A DNA stretch of 61,336 bases, the filler included, from Anaerolineae bacterium (lineage in GTDB: Bacteria; Chloroflexota; Anaerolineae; Epilineales; Epilineaceae): the NCBI GenBank assembly GCA_029262755.1. It is 5 parts of 5 records of this genome, joined end to end, with 100 filler letters (N's around TTAATTAATTAA, not from the genome) between each part and the next. Parts side by side here need not be neighbours in the genome. Positions count along the whole stretch, not along the records: positions 50,412 to 56,304 come from JAJCYU010000239.1; positions 56,405 to 61,336 come from JAJCYU010000245.1; 3 more parts are not named here. The stretch is one strand, 5' to 3'. Each line of letters begins with the position of its first letter. The first letter of the stretch is position 1. The notes under the pieces were generated by a model, which worked only from the letters and a program-made list of their open reading frames with translations, was not told where the DNA came from and ran no database searches. The position numbers and the translations under genes are program-made. This document shows, piece after piece, positions 50,412 through 61,067 of the stretch.

Positions 50412-53400
50412 GGTCACCCCATCGACGGAAACGTTCGAAGACGAAAGGATCTGAACCCCGATGGTTTGAGTCCCGGCGGTTCCCCCAGAAATTTGCCCTC
50501 CCTGTACCGTGATGTCCGAAGATTCCACGATGTACGCGCCGCGACTCCAGTCTCCGACGACCCCCGCATCGAGGTCGTTGTTGGTTAGGGAGACGCCCAC
50601 GCAATCGAGGACGTAGACACCAAAGGTGTCGTAGGCTGCATTCGTCGCCTCAAGAGTAGAGTTCGATACCGAGGTGTTGGCGTTGCGAATGAGTTGTAAG
50701 GGCCAGGAGCGCTGGGTGCTGCCCCCCGACGTGACCGTATTGTTGTCCAGGCACGGGTCGAAGGTCATCGCCCGTACCTCGGCCGTGTTCTCGATGATCT
50801 GAACCACCATGCCCGAAGGCACCGCGTCCGGGTTCACCAGAACCTCGATCATGACCTCGGCGAAGTGCCCTGCTGGAATCGTTCCCAGCGCACAGTTCAC
50901 GATGCCTTCGACGTGCATGCACATGCCCTCGACCTTGCTGAGCTTGGTCGGCACCGCGGAGACGTAGGTCACCTCGGCCGGCAGCGTGTCGGTCAGCACC
51001 ACGAACATCGCATCGGAAGGACCAAAGTTGTCGACCCGCACCGTGTAGCGCAGCGTCTCGCCGGCCACGACCGGGTCGGGATCGTCCGTCTTGGTCACGA
51101 CCAGGTCGGCCGCGGTCTTGACCGTGGTGAAGGTCGTGTCGCGGTTGTTGGCCGTGTCGTCGTCGAAGACATCGGACATCACGAGAATGTCGTTCTCGAG
51201 CACCGTGCCCGCGGGCGTGCGCGGATCCACGAAGCCGAAGAAGGTCACCATCGCATCCAAGAGCGCCGTATCCGTCGCGGCGGCCTCGGTGCCGAAGCTA
51301 CACGTGAACTGGTCGAGCGCGTCGAAGGCCGCACCGCTCACGCAAGTGCCGCCCACGGCCTCGTAGCCGTCGATCGTCACCCAGGCCGGCAGTCGGTCCA
51401 GGATCCGGATGTTCTCCGCGGTGGACGGGCCCGCATTCGTGATCGTCACCGTCCACGTAATGCGCTCACCGGCCGTCACCATGCCCGGCATCGCTGTGAT
51501 CACCGGCGGGCAGCCCTCGCCAACCACGTTGCCGAGGTCCGCCTTGTCTACCGACAGGTCCGCCACGGCCGTGTACTCGTGCGCCGTGTCCGCCTGGTTG
51601 TTGCTGAAGTCGGGATCCCGGTCCGGGCCGGTCACGCTGGCCAGGTTATCGATGTCCATGCGCTCGTCGGCCTTTAGCACGTAGCGGTAGGCCCAGCGCC
51701 CGGTTCCGCCGACGCCGTCAAAGACCGGCAACTGGTCGCGGAAGTGGCACGTGAGCGTGAGGTTGCCTTGCATCGGGCCGACCGGGTTCGCAAGGAAGCC
51801 CGTCCCGTCGCCCACCACGGTGCCCTGGAAGAGCACCGCCTGCGTCACCGGATCACGTGAGACGTAAACACAGTCGATGATCGCGTCATGGTAGGGGGTT
51901 CCGATGGCGGTGTTCGTGATCTCCGGGTCAATGCCGACCAAGAAGAAGTTACCGTCCGAAAGGATCTCGTCGGTGACGAACACGGGCGAGGTGAAGCTGG
52001 GGCCCAGGTTGTCGACGAAGACCGTGTAGGTCAGCAGGTCGCCCGCGCGCACCTCGCCGTCCGGCTTCCCGAACTTGCGGATGCGCAGGTCGGCGACGCG
52101 CTCGGCCGTGGTGTCGGCCGTGCCGCATATCTCTGTCGCGTTGTCAGCCGTGGCACAGGCCAAGTTCGTGGCATCCGTGCCCGCCACGATGTCCTGATCG
52201 AGCTCGACGAGGATGTCGAAGGTCACCGATTGGCCCGCCGGCAGCACCCAGGTCGGCGCAACCCCAGCCGGGCGGCAACTCAGCAGCCCGGGATTGATCT
52301 CGGTACACATGTCCGAGTCCTGCACGAAGTTGTAGCCCGCCGGCAGGATGTCGGTCACCTCTACGTTGACCGCGTCCGAGGGCCCGTTGTTGATCACCGT
52401 GACAGCGTACGACAGGCGCGTGCCCGCCACCGGGTCAAGGCGCGCTGCCGACTTCACGACGACGAGCTCGGCAAGGCTCACCACCTGGATCGACGCATCA
52501 TCGCTGTTGTTGGCGAGGTTTGGATCCGGCGTGTCGGTGAGCAACACGTCGGCGTTGTTGGTCAGCACGGTGCCGGCCGCCAAATCGGCGTCGAGCATCA
52601 CGTTGACGAGGACGATGATCGGCACCCCGTTCGTCGGCGGAATATCACCGAGCGGACAGAAGAGCACGTTTGAACCAACCGCGATCTGGCAGGCCACCGG
52701 CACGTTGCCGACGCCACCCTCCAGATCGACGATAGCGCTCACAAACTGCACACCGTCCGGCAGGAAGTCGCGCAGCGTCACGTCGCGCGAAACGGAGGGG
52801 CCGGCGTTGCGGACCGTGAATTCGTAGTGCATGAGCTGGCCGGCGATCGGCGCGCCAATTGCAAACTTGCTGAGTGCCAGATCGGCTTCCGCGGCGATCT
52901 CCACCGCCTCGAAGCCGAAGTTGTTGCTGAGGTTCGGGTCGAAAGTATCCGAGAACGTGAGCACGTCGATCTGTGCTTGCCGCCGGTCAGTCACCGGATC
53001 GGTCACCGCGTCTGCCTGGACGCGCAGGTCCACCGTCATCGCGCCGGTCGCGCCGGGGATCAACGTGCCGTAGTTGCACGTGGCTGGATCGCCTGGATCG
53101 CCCGCGCTACCTGCCACGCAGCCGGCCGGCGTGCCGTTGGGGCGAGTTCCACGCACGTCGAGTACGTCGAAGATGCCGGGGATGCTGGCGGCGATCTCCG
53201 CGTTCTGTGCGTTGGAAGGTCCGTTGTTCGTCGTGTCGAAGAAGCACGTCATGCTGTCGCCGGCCAACACGGGATTGGCAACATCGATGAGTGCGCCCAA
53301 GGCATCGACACACGGTGCGAAGAGCTCAAGATCAGCCACCCCCGATACCTCGAGCGGCACCATCGCCATGTTGTTGGCTGTATTGGGGTCCGGCGTGTCG

Positions 53401-55574
53401 GACACGACCGTGGTTGTGTTCGTCAGGTCCAGTTCCTGCTCGGCCGTCACATTGATCGTGATGATCAAGCGGCCCTGGTCCGTCGGCGAGCGCGGGTTGA
53501 GCCAGTTGGAGCCCAAGGTTGCCAGATCGAAGACGCCCGTCGAGAGCGCGAAACTGCAGTTGAACTTGTTGACCAGGCCGCCCTGCGTGCGCACTGCCAG
53601 CGAGCAGCCGGTGGCGCGGACTAAGCCGCTAGTCACCAACGTGTCCGTCACCACGATGTTGCGCGCGGACGAAGGGCCGAGGTTGTCGACCAGGATCGTG
53701 TACGTGAACCGCTCGCCGGCGCGCACGCCGCCGTGCGGCTCCGCGATCTTCGTGATCTTGAGATCCGCCAGGTCTTGGATGAAGCAGATCGCCGAGTCCA
53801 CGTTGTTCTCGAGGTTGGAGTCCGTGCCGTCGGCCATCACGGAGACCACGACCTCGCGGGCGATCGTGCCGACCGGCACGTCACGCACGGCGGTCGGGTC
53901 GACACGGGTCTTTAGGAAGAACTCGACAAAGTCGCCCGCCTCCATGTCCCCGAGATTGCAGGTGAGCACCTGCCCCCCGTCCGGACCCATCCCAGTGACC
54001 GAGCAGTCGTCCGTGTCCTCGAGGAAGATGATCTCAACAGGGAAGGTGACCGTCGCCGTTGCGTTGGCCGCGGTGTCGGGACCGCTGTTGAACACCGTAA
54101 CCCGATAGACAATCTCTTCGCCCGCCCACTGGGTCTCCGGCGGCTGGGCCGCCGAGATCGCGTCAATGGCGCCGTCGTCCTCAAGCGCAGCGATGTCGTC
54201 GTCCGCATCGCCGCTACCGCCCTGGCCGCCTTTCAAGGCATCGATGTTGACGCGTAAATCATACGTGCAGCCCTCGAAGGCGCCGGGATCCAAGAGGATC
54301 ACGCCCGTGCCGCCCGGCGCGCCGCCGTCGGGGCGTCCAGCGCCACCAGCGGCCGATACGGTGCCGACGACCAATGCGCCGGCCGCGTAGGTCTCGAGCA
54401 AGACACGGCCGCCGCCGCCGCCGCCACCGCCGCCGCAGCAAAGACCGTTGCCGCCGTCACCACCGTCGGCCCGGACCGCGCCGGCGTTGGAAAGCGTCGC
54501 GCCAACGAGCACGACGCCGCCGCCGCTGCCCCCACCGGACGCGCCGGTATCGCTTAGCGCGCCGTTGCCGCCGTCCGCCGTCACGGCGCCTCCAGGCAGC
54601 ACCACGATATCGGACACGGCGTAGATCAAGACCGCACCACCGCCGCCGCCGCCGCTTGCACCATCACAGCCAAAGTTCGCGGTCGAAGCGCCACCGCCGC
54701 CGCTGCCGCCTTGCAACATTGCGCTGAGGTTTCCGTACACCACGCCGCCCGCTCCCCCGCCCGTGCGACCGCCCATCCCGCCGGGACCGCCGAAGCCGCC
54801 GCCGCCAGAACCTGGATCGTTGGCGGCGTCCACGGCACCTGGGCCGCCACCGCCCGGACCCGCGCCCATCTGGCCCGACCCGGGCGCCGCCGCAATACCG
54901 AACCCGCCGGCGCCGCCACCCGCACCGCCCGCGGTCGGCGTCACCGTCATGCAGCCGGGCGCCGTGGGCGTCGCGTTCGCACCGTTGACCTCGACGACGC
55001 CGCCGATCGTCACGTCAAATCGCGAGAGAAGCGCCATGGGGCGACTGCCCACGCCGCGCAGCGTGACGCCGGCCGGCACGTTGATGCTCTGGAAGGGGAA
55101 TAGGGCCGTGCCACCCTCGACGCTTGCAAAGGGCACCGGCACGCCGTCCAGCGTGAGCGCATCGGTATCGATAATATGCAGACCCGGCGACAGCGCCGGA
55201 AACGCTCCAGCGTTGCGATTAGACGGGCATCCTGGGTAGTCGGTCGCCTGCTGCTGGGGCGCGAACAGCGCGTCAGCGCCGGCCGCGTTGCCGAGCTTCG
55301 GCCACGGCGCATCGACGGAAACGCCGGCATGCGCATCGCCCGCGGTAGTTGAATCCCATCCGGGATTGTTGGATTCCCCGCTATGCACGGCAATCGGGCT
55401 GCCCGTGGAAGGCGCTTCGTTGGAAGCCGTCTCGACGGGAGCCAACTCGTCGACGGAAGCCATCGCCGGTTCGAGCCCAGAGAGCCCCGAGAGCAGAACC
55501 GCAACCATGGCGAGGGCTCCAAGAAGCCGGCCGGTGCGGGAACCAAAGGGGCGTCGTGCGGCAAAGCGGTGCAT
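50412..55574 (-). CDS. Giant secreted protein (3'-truncated): Gly-rich domain, 8 DUF11 repeats, beta-helix-like segment
   Basis: GGAG RBS before MHRFAARR; signal peptide; GGSGGGG runs; DL...K..N.GPS repeats. Confidence 0.87.
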
Positions 55575-56124
55575 TGGATTCTCCGGGGGGGTGCGCTCAA
55601 TTCCTGAACGATCTCGGCGTGCGGCTTCGCGATTGCCATGCAACTCTCGACGCCCGTCCAACGTGGCGGGGTGAATCCTTGCCATGGCAAATCGCTCCAA
55701 TTCGATGGGTGGAAGCCCTTGCAGCCGGGCAATAGTGGAAAGAGAGCCGACGTACGCTGGTGCGTTGCGGCGGCCATGAAGGTCATCGGGATGCAGGCCA
55801 ATCCAGCAGGCGAATTCAGCCTACCCTCATATAAACGGCATTCGGCGGCCGCGAGATACGGGGGCGCGACGACTCAGATTGGAAATGTTGGCGGCCCAAT
55901 ATTTCGTTCGGTGCGATCGGTGGATACCTGATCCTGGCTGCAGCGTTGCAAGTCTTCAGGTACCGTCAATGTTCCTTGGTGCCGCGGCACCGAAACCGAC
56001 CGGCCCCCGCATTGCAACGCGGGGGCCGGTCGTGGTCTTCGTGTTCGTGGTCATCCTGGCCGTGGGCAACTCTCCGAACCGCCAAGCCGCCGCTCCTCAG
56101 GGGCACGACGTCCGGCCGGATCGC

Positions 56125-56304
56125 CTACCGCGCCCGCAGCTCCACCGTAACCGTGAAGTCGTTCAACGTACCCTGGTCGCCGCCGGCGGTGTCGTTGATG
56201 TCCAGCAACCACTCGCCGCCAACCAACTCGCCGTCGAAGATGTCCAGCCCGATGCCCGACTCCGTCGTGTAGCGCTGGAAGCCCATCGGCGGGCACACGC
56301 TGCC
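56125..56304 (-). CDS. C-terminal proprotein-convertase P-domain fragment, 5'-truncated
   Basis: Hand translation: ...GLDIFDGELVGGEWLLDINDTAGGDQGTLNDFTVTVELRAR*. Confidence 0.75.
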   Translation of the reverse strand, partial: GSVCPPMGFQRYTTESGIGLDIFDGELVGGEWLLDINDTAGGDQGTLNDFTVTVELRAR

Positions 56305-56404
56305 NNNNNNNNNNNNNNNNNNNNNNNNNNNNNNNNNNNNNNNNNNNNTTAATTAATTAANNNNNNNNNNNNNNNNNNNNNNNNNNNNNNNNNNNNNNNN
56401 NNNN
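56305..56404. other. Contig spacer
   Basis: N run plus linker. Confidence 0.99.
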
Positions 56405-56834
56405 TGTTGTGGTGTACTTGGTCTTTTAGCAGCTCCTTCTTGGTGTTACGTAAGTCATCGGGGCGCTGTGCGGTGAGTTGGTTGTCGTCGAGGTAGAGCT
56501 GCTGCAGGTTGGTGAGCTGGCCGATATCGTGGGGCAGGGCGGTCAGCTGGTTGCAGTCGACATCGAGCCACAGCAGGTTGGTGAGCTGGCCGATCTCGGG
56601 GGGCAGGGCGGTCAGTTGGTTGTCGTCGAGGTAGAGCTGCTGCAGGTTGGTGAGCTGGCCGATCTCGGGGGGCAGATCGGTCAGCTGGTTGCCGTTGAGG
56701 TAGAGCTGCTGCAGGTTGGTGAGCTGGCCGATCTCGGGGGGCAGGGCGGTGAGTTGGTTGAGGTTGAAGTTCAGCCTGGTGGCATCTGAGTCGCCCAGGA
56801 TCTGCGCCTTGGCTCGCTCGTAGGCTTGGTCCAA
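56405..56834 (-). CDS. Leucine-rich repeat protein, 3'-truncated (N-terminus resembles Roco/COR-type LRRs)
   Basis: Four 23-aa [23 protein letters not shown] units after a helical cap. Confidence 0.9.
56471..56760. repeat. 69-bp near-identical coding tandem repeats
   Basis: caggttggtgagctggccgat recurs at 69-nt spacing. Confidence 0.92.
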
Positions 56835-57197
56835 ACTGGGATCCCGTCACAATCATCGGCCAGGTACCGTCCGACTCTCACTGGTATCTGTATTGGCCAC
56901 CACCCCGGAGGCCCCCGGCGATCCTATCCCCTTAGTAGGGAGGTCTGGTTCTTCTCCCGCGGAACCTTGGCGTCGGGCGGTTGCATCCGCGTAATTCCCC
57001 AGAGTGGCGGTTCGATCAAGGTGGGGGAATCTTGCAATGACCGAATTGGTCGTCCCTTTGTCCAAAGCGCCGGCCTTGATCCGCGACATCTGGAACGGCA
57101 ACCCGTCCGGGTCTCAGGCGACTGATCTGTGAACGACACGGTTCGCCTGAACCTATCGAGGGTCTGGGCCCCGACTTCGTAACTGCCACAACGATAG

Positions 57198-57224
57198 TTA
57201 GTGCAGTTGGTGCAGTTAGTGCAG
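57198..57224. repeat. 9-bp tandem repeat TTRGTGCAG x3
   Basis: ttagtgcag ttggtgcag ttagtgcag. Confidence 0.85.
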
Positions 57225-57297
57225 CCTACGACCAAGCGCAGCGCCGCCGGCAAGGCCGTCAGTTCGTCACGTTCCGGTAGATTGGGGTTGTAGTCTT

Positions 57298-58018
57298 TGG
57301 AGGCGCGCCGACTTCTGGGGCACGGTCGCCGGCTTCGTTGGCGTCGTTGTAGCACTAGTGGCGTACCCCTATCCTAGAACCACTCCTGAACCGGTTGTTC
57401 CACCCGCCGCCCATCCTGAATTCGTTACCGAGACACGAATAGCGCGGCCCCTAGCGCCTGAGGAAGCAGAGGTCTTCAGACCTGCGATATGTGCCGTACG
57501 CTCGGGCACATCCCCCCGTGCCGACGCTCGCACCTGCGTGACCGCTTTCCTTACCTTAGAATCCATGCGTTACCACCGACACTGACGCGATCGCTTGCTA
57601 CCCATTCAGAAGCAACTCCGATGAGCCGATGTGGTTCAGGGTCGAACGAAACGTGCCTTTCCCCTCTTGGCGAGAGCTTGCGTACAACGATCCGATGTCT
57701 ATTGACGAAGCGGTCGAAGCGACCTCGCCTTGGGCCATTGAACTAGAAGATGGGACTTGGTGCCGCCTTGAGTTCTGGTTCGGTTCGGAATAAACCGACC
57801 CGGGCAGCAATGCGTACATCTGTGGGGGCGGTCCTGTAAGGCTCGTAACGAACCCTCAAACGTTTTTTCAGGATCGTGAAGTGCTAAGAATTAGCCTTCG
57901 GGATGCCACCATCGTTCAAGCTCTGGAAGGCCAACGAGGTGGAGCTTGGCGGGCAGTGTACACACGTCGACCATCAGGTCCGCTTCGGGAGGTTCGTGTC
58001 AAGACCGTCGTTTTCTAA
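57298..58018 (+). pseudogene. Degraded membrane-anchored Cys-containing exported protein (frameshift ~57560, in-frame TAA 57791)
   Basis: Hand reconstruction gives TM helix, C...SPRADARTC...(L)DPC...PWAIELEDGTWC...YIC...W...VRVKTVVF. Start not located. Confidence 0.55.
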
Positions 58019-58294
58019 AGCAGCGAACGAGCCATACAGCCCACCGAAGCCTGCCCAATGTTTCAACGATCCATTGATGAAGTGGGGATCCGCCTCGAAG
58101 ATCAGGTTAAAACTGGTCCCGCCCCGCGAGTGATACCGTCACGTCAGTATCAGCACAACCCCAGGCCTTCGAATACAAGTTCGATTTGGAAGCGATACCA
58201 TCCGGGAGAAGGTCCCAGAACGAGTAACTTCACTAGCAGAGGCGTAATAGCGCGAGCCTAGGCTCCGAATGCGTTGGTGGCTGGAGGATCTGAC

Positions 58295-58837
58295 ATGGCC
58301 GGAGCAACAACCCAGCCCCCGACTGCTCTAGATTCTAATGTCCACCAAGGCTTCTTTGGGGAGAGCTTTGTGGCTGTTATTGCGGCGGCAGCGGGTTTCG
58401 ATGTCGACTTCCCGCGACTCGGACACGCTATCGATTTCAGCATTTCTGCACGCGGACCCAAGGGTACCTCTCGCAGCCGAAAGATCGACGTTCAGGTTAA
58501 GACTTGGGCTAAACCTCGGTATAAAGGCGAGACCTTGGCCTATCCGTTGGAGGTCTCCGCCTATAACAATATGTGCGGATCTGACCACGACGTCAGACAG
58601 TATGTGGTCCTTTGCCTGGTACCGGAGGAGTACCTGCAATACGCGGACGCAAATCATCGACGAATGAGACTCCAGCGAAGTGCCTACTGGTTTTCGCTTA
58701 GGGAACAGGAACCGGATTTCACTCTTCCCGAAGGTAGCAGCAAAACAATCTTTGTCCCAACCAGTCAGCTCCTTACTGTCTTAACTCTTCAAGCTTTGGT
58801 TCATGGCAATGAACAGGCTGCGGTAGTGGACATATGA
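58295..58837 (+). CDS. DUF4365 family PD-(D/E)xK-like nuclease
   Basis: GGAGG RBS; GESFV..IAAAAG, IDFSI, IDVQVK, Y.L....YN and AYWFSL motifs. Confidence 0.8.
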   Translation: MAGATTQPPTALDSNVHQGFFGESFVAVIAAAAGFDVDFPRLGHAIDFSISARGPKGTSRSRKIDVQVKTWAKPRYKGETLAYPLEVSAYNNMCGSDHDVRQYVVLCLVPEEYLQYADANHRRMRLQRSAYWFSLREQEPDFTLPEGSSKTIFVPTSQLLTVLTLQALVHGNEQAAVVDI

Positions 58838-60021
58838 GAGTCGACATCGAGGACGCCAGGGTCCTATCAGAAGCCAAACCGCGCAGCATTCGCACTTATC
58901 TGCGGCTGCGAGGGTGGCGTCCGGCCGGCGAGCCTCGAGAGTCACCTGATATTTGGTTTATCGATCAGGGGACCGACACGTTCGAGGTTATAGCTCCATC
59001 TTCCCAAAACAACCGTGACTTCGCTCGCCGAGTTGCCGATGTTTTGGAGGTGCTGTCGGTTGTAGAAGCGCGCTCACAATTGGATGTCTTGTCCGATCTA
59101 CTAACTATCGATTTTGATGTCCACTACATTAAGACGTCACATGCTGGGCCTCCCGGAACGGCGCCCATTCGGGATGCCGCCAAGATCTTCTCTGGAGCTC
59201 AAATGATGGTGGCTGCAGCCGCTATGTCGCTAGAGATCCCCAGAACGGTGCTCCCAGCGCGTCGTACCCAGAAAACCAGTGACCTACTTAGAAAGGTTCT
59301 GGCGGGCCCGACGGCGAAAGGGAGCTATGTCGTTTCTCTATGGATTCCCGTGCCTCCTAGGTTGTCTCCGGAGGAGGACGAAATCTTGTTTGCATTCGAG
59401 GATGAACCGTTTGAGCGGAACGTCGGTCTTCGGATTCAGGGGGCAGCGGCAGCTTGTCATGACGCTGCAGAACTTGCTTTGGAAACGGATGCAGGCCTTG
59501 ACGCTTTCCTAAGCCGAGTCGACAACGGAGTTACAGCGAACATCTGTGAGGCCTTGGTCGGCATGTCCGGCGAAGAGAGAACTCCCCTCATGCTTTCGTT
59601 TGCTTGGGCATTGGATCGGCCGGTTAGAACTAGGTCTGATCCGGTTGCTTTCGAATCCCGCTTGATGCCAGTTCTCGAGTCTGCCGCAAAGGAAATTCGT
59701 GCTCTCACGCCGGAGGAGGAGGTCACTGTGCGCGGAAACGTGGTTCGGCTGCACAGAGCCGCCAAGACTGGCAAGGGGGAAATAACGATTGCCGGATACG
59801 TCGTGGGGGACTACGACGACCACCTAGGGCATATCGTCACGGTTCTTGAGGACGTGGACTACCAAAGTGCAATCAAGGCCCACCAGGAGTTCAGGGATGT
59901 CGAGGTTACGGGCCCCCTTATTCGGAAAGGCAGCCGACTTAGCTTGCAGGAGGTCCACCATTTCGCCGTCCGAGCGACTGATTCGGGCCCGGACGATCAA
60001 CCCAGACTGCTCCCCCAATAA
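58834..60021 (+). CDS. Hypothetical partner protein of DUF4365
   Basis: ATGA-coupled; YL..RGW N-terminus, PTAKGSYVV and SANxCEAL-like motif; possibly OB-fold-like C-terminus. Confidence 0.8.
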   Translation: MRVDIEDARVLSEAKPRSIRTYLRLRGWRPAGEPRESPDIWFIDQGTDTFEVIAPSSQNNRDFARRVADVLEVLSVVEARSQLDVLSDLLTIDFDVHYIKTSHAGPPGTAPIRDAAKIFSGAQMMVAAAAMSLEIPRTVLPARRTQKTSDLLRKVLAGPTAKGSYVVSLWIPVPPRLSPEEDEILFAFEDEPFERNVGLRIQGAAAACHDAAELALETDAGLDAFLSRVDNGVTANICEALVGMSGEERTPLMLSFAWALDRPVRTRSDPVAFESRLMPVLESAAKEIRALTPEEEVTVRGNVVRLHRAAKTGKGEITIAGYVVGDYDDHLGHIVTVLEDVDYQSAIKAHQEFRDVEVTGPLIRKGSRLSLQEVHHFAVRATDSGPDDQPRLLPQ

Positions 60022-60094
60022 CTCAGTAATGGGACTTGGGAAGTTATACCTCGGCCGTTCCAATGCCAGTGGAGATTAACCAAGTGTTCATTCG

Positions 60095-60598
60095 TCAACC
60101 GCATTTAGGGATCGACCCCCGTTCGACGCGGTCACTAACTTGCTGGATCTCCAACATGGCCATTCCGACCGTTAACAGGCACTGGAGTCGAGGGTCGTCG
60201 ATCGTCGTGTACCCTCCCTCCTCGCGAGGAATGGGCTTCGCCAGTTGAAGTTGTCCACACACCTCACGGCAAGGCGATTCTTTGAAAGAGGTGGCTCCTG
60301 GATGATGAGCGAAATGATTCCGGATCTTCCGAAGATAGTTCATATCCCGATGCGAGTGTCGGGTAATCAGGCCGAGCGCAAACGACATATCTATACGACC
60401 TTTGAAGGTAGAAAGAGGCCCGTATTGACGAAACAGTTCCTCGACTATCGTGTCCTCGAGGAGGATGGCTCGTAGAGCGTCGCCGAGAAATGATTCCAGC
60501 ACGCTCACGGCAAGAATGGCGGCAGAACGGTCGGGCTCGTCATGAAAAACGTTGACCATGTCGTTGTATTGATCTAACCACTCTGCGGGCGTGGGCAT
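60095..60598 (-). CDS. MltR-family / HEPN-like protein
   Basis: DRSAAIL, GPLSTFKGRI...ALGLI and RKIRNHFAH (Rx4H) motifs. Confidence 0.8.
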   Translation of the reverse strand: MPTPAEWLDQYNDMVNVFHDEPDRSAAILAVSVLESFLGDALRAILLEDTIVEELFRQYGPLSTFKGRIDMSFALGLITRHSHRDMNYLRKIRNHFAHHPGATSFKESPCREVCGQLQLAKPIPREEGGYTTIDDPRLQCLLTVGMAMLEIQQVSDRVERGSIPKCG

Positions 60599-60900
60599 TA
60601 TTGCGTTTCCCTAACTATCCGTAGCCAGAACGACCTTCGCGTTAACTCATTCCAGACTCTAACGCTCGACTCTCCACTCCTCGACCTGGGCTTCCAGAGC
60701 AGCTAGCTCGAGTTCGACCCGTTCGCATTGGCTGTGGAGGATTGCCTCAGCGTCCTGCCCTTCAGCCCCGAACTTCAGTAACAACAACTATGTCTGGCGC
60801 AGCTTTGGAGGACCCAAGCTCCGCAAGCTCCGTATGGGTGCAGTTGCTCTGACTACGCTAGCGCTCGCCGTAGAGGGGTTCGGTGCTTCTCATCGTAAGT

Positions 60901-61060
60901 CGGGTGACGAGCGCCTCAAGGGCCGCTCCCTTAAAGGCTCCACCACCTCCGCTGTGCTCCGGCGGCTACGCATTTACCAGCGGCTGATCCTTGACCCGTC
61001 CGTCCGTTCCTCCCGTTCGGAAATCGCAACCGAACGATCCCGCAAAAGCGGGGGAAGGAG
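60901..61060 (+). promoter_or_regulatory. Multi-hairpin leader, candidate ssDNA (Frpo-like) promoter
   Basis: tcaagg-gccgct (60916-60927) pairs with agcggc/ccttga (60979-60994); two further hairpins precede the AAGGAG RBS. Confidence 0.55.
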
Positions 61061-61067
61061 AGTGACG

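Noticed and set aside
55575..55870. Possible c-di-GMP riboswitch upstream of the second DUF11 gene
   Set aside because: Neither class I nor class II consensus could be matched by eye.
8256..56304. Many long Arg/Pro/Ala-rich antisense or off-frame ORFs (e.g. 16516-17706, 23164-24810, 26466-27677, 30009-31718, 46805-47932)
   Set aside because: Shadow ORFs expected in high-GC DNA, overlapping well-identified genes.
60630..60900. Short coiled-coil-like minus-strand fragment (...ELELAALEAQVEEWRVER*)
   Set aside because: No supportable start or family; possibly a gene remnant.
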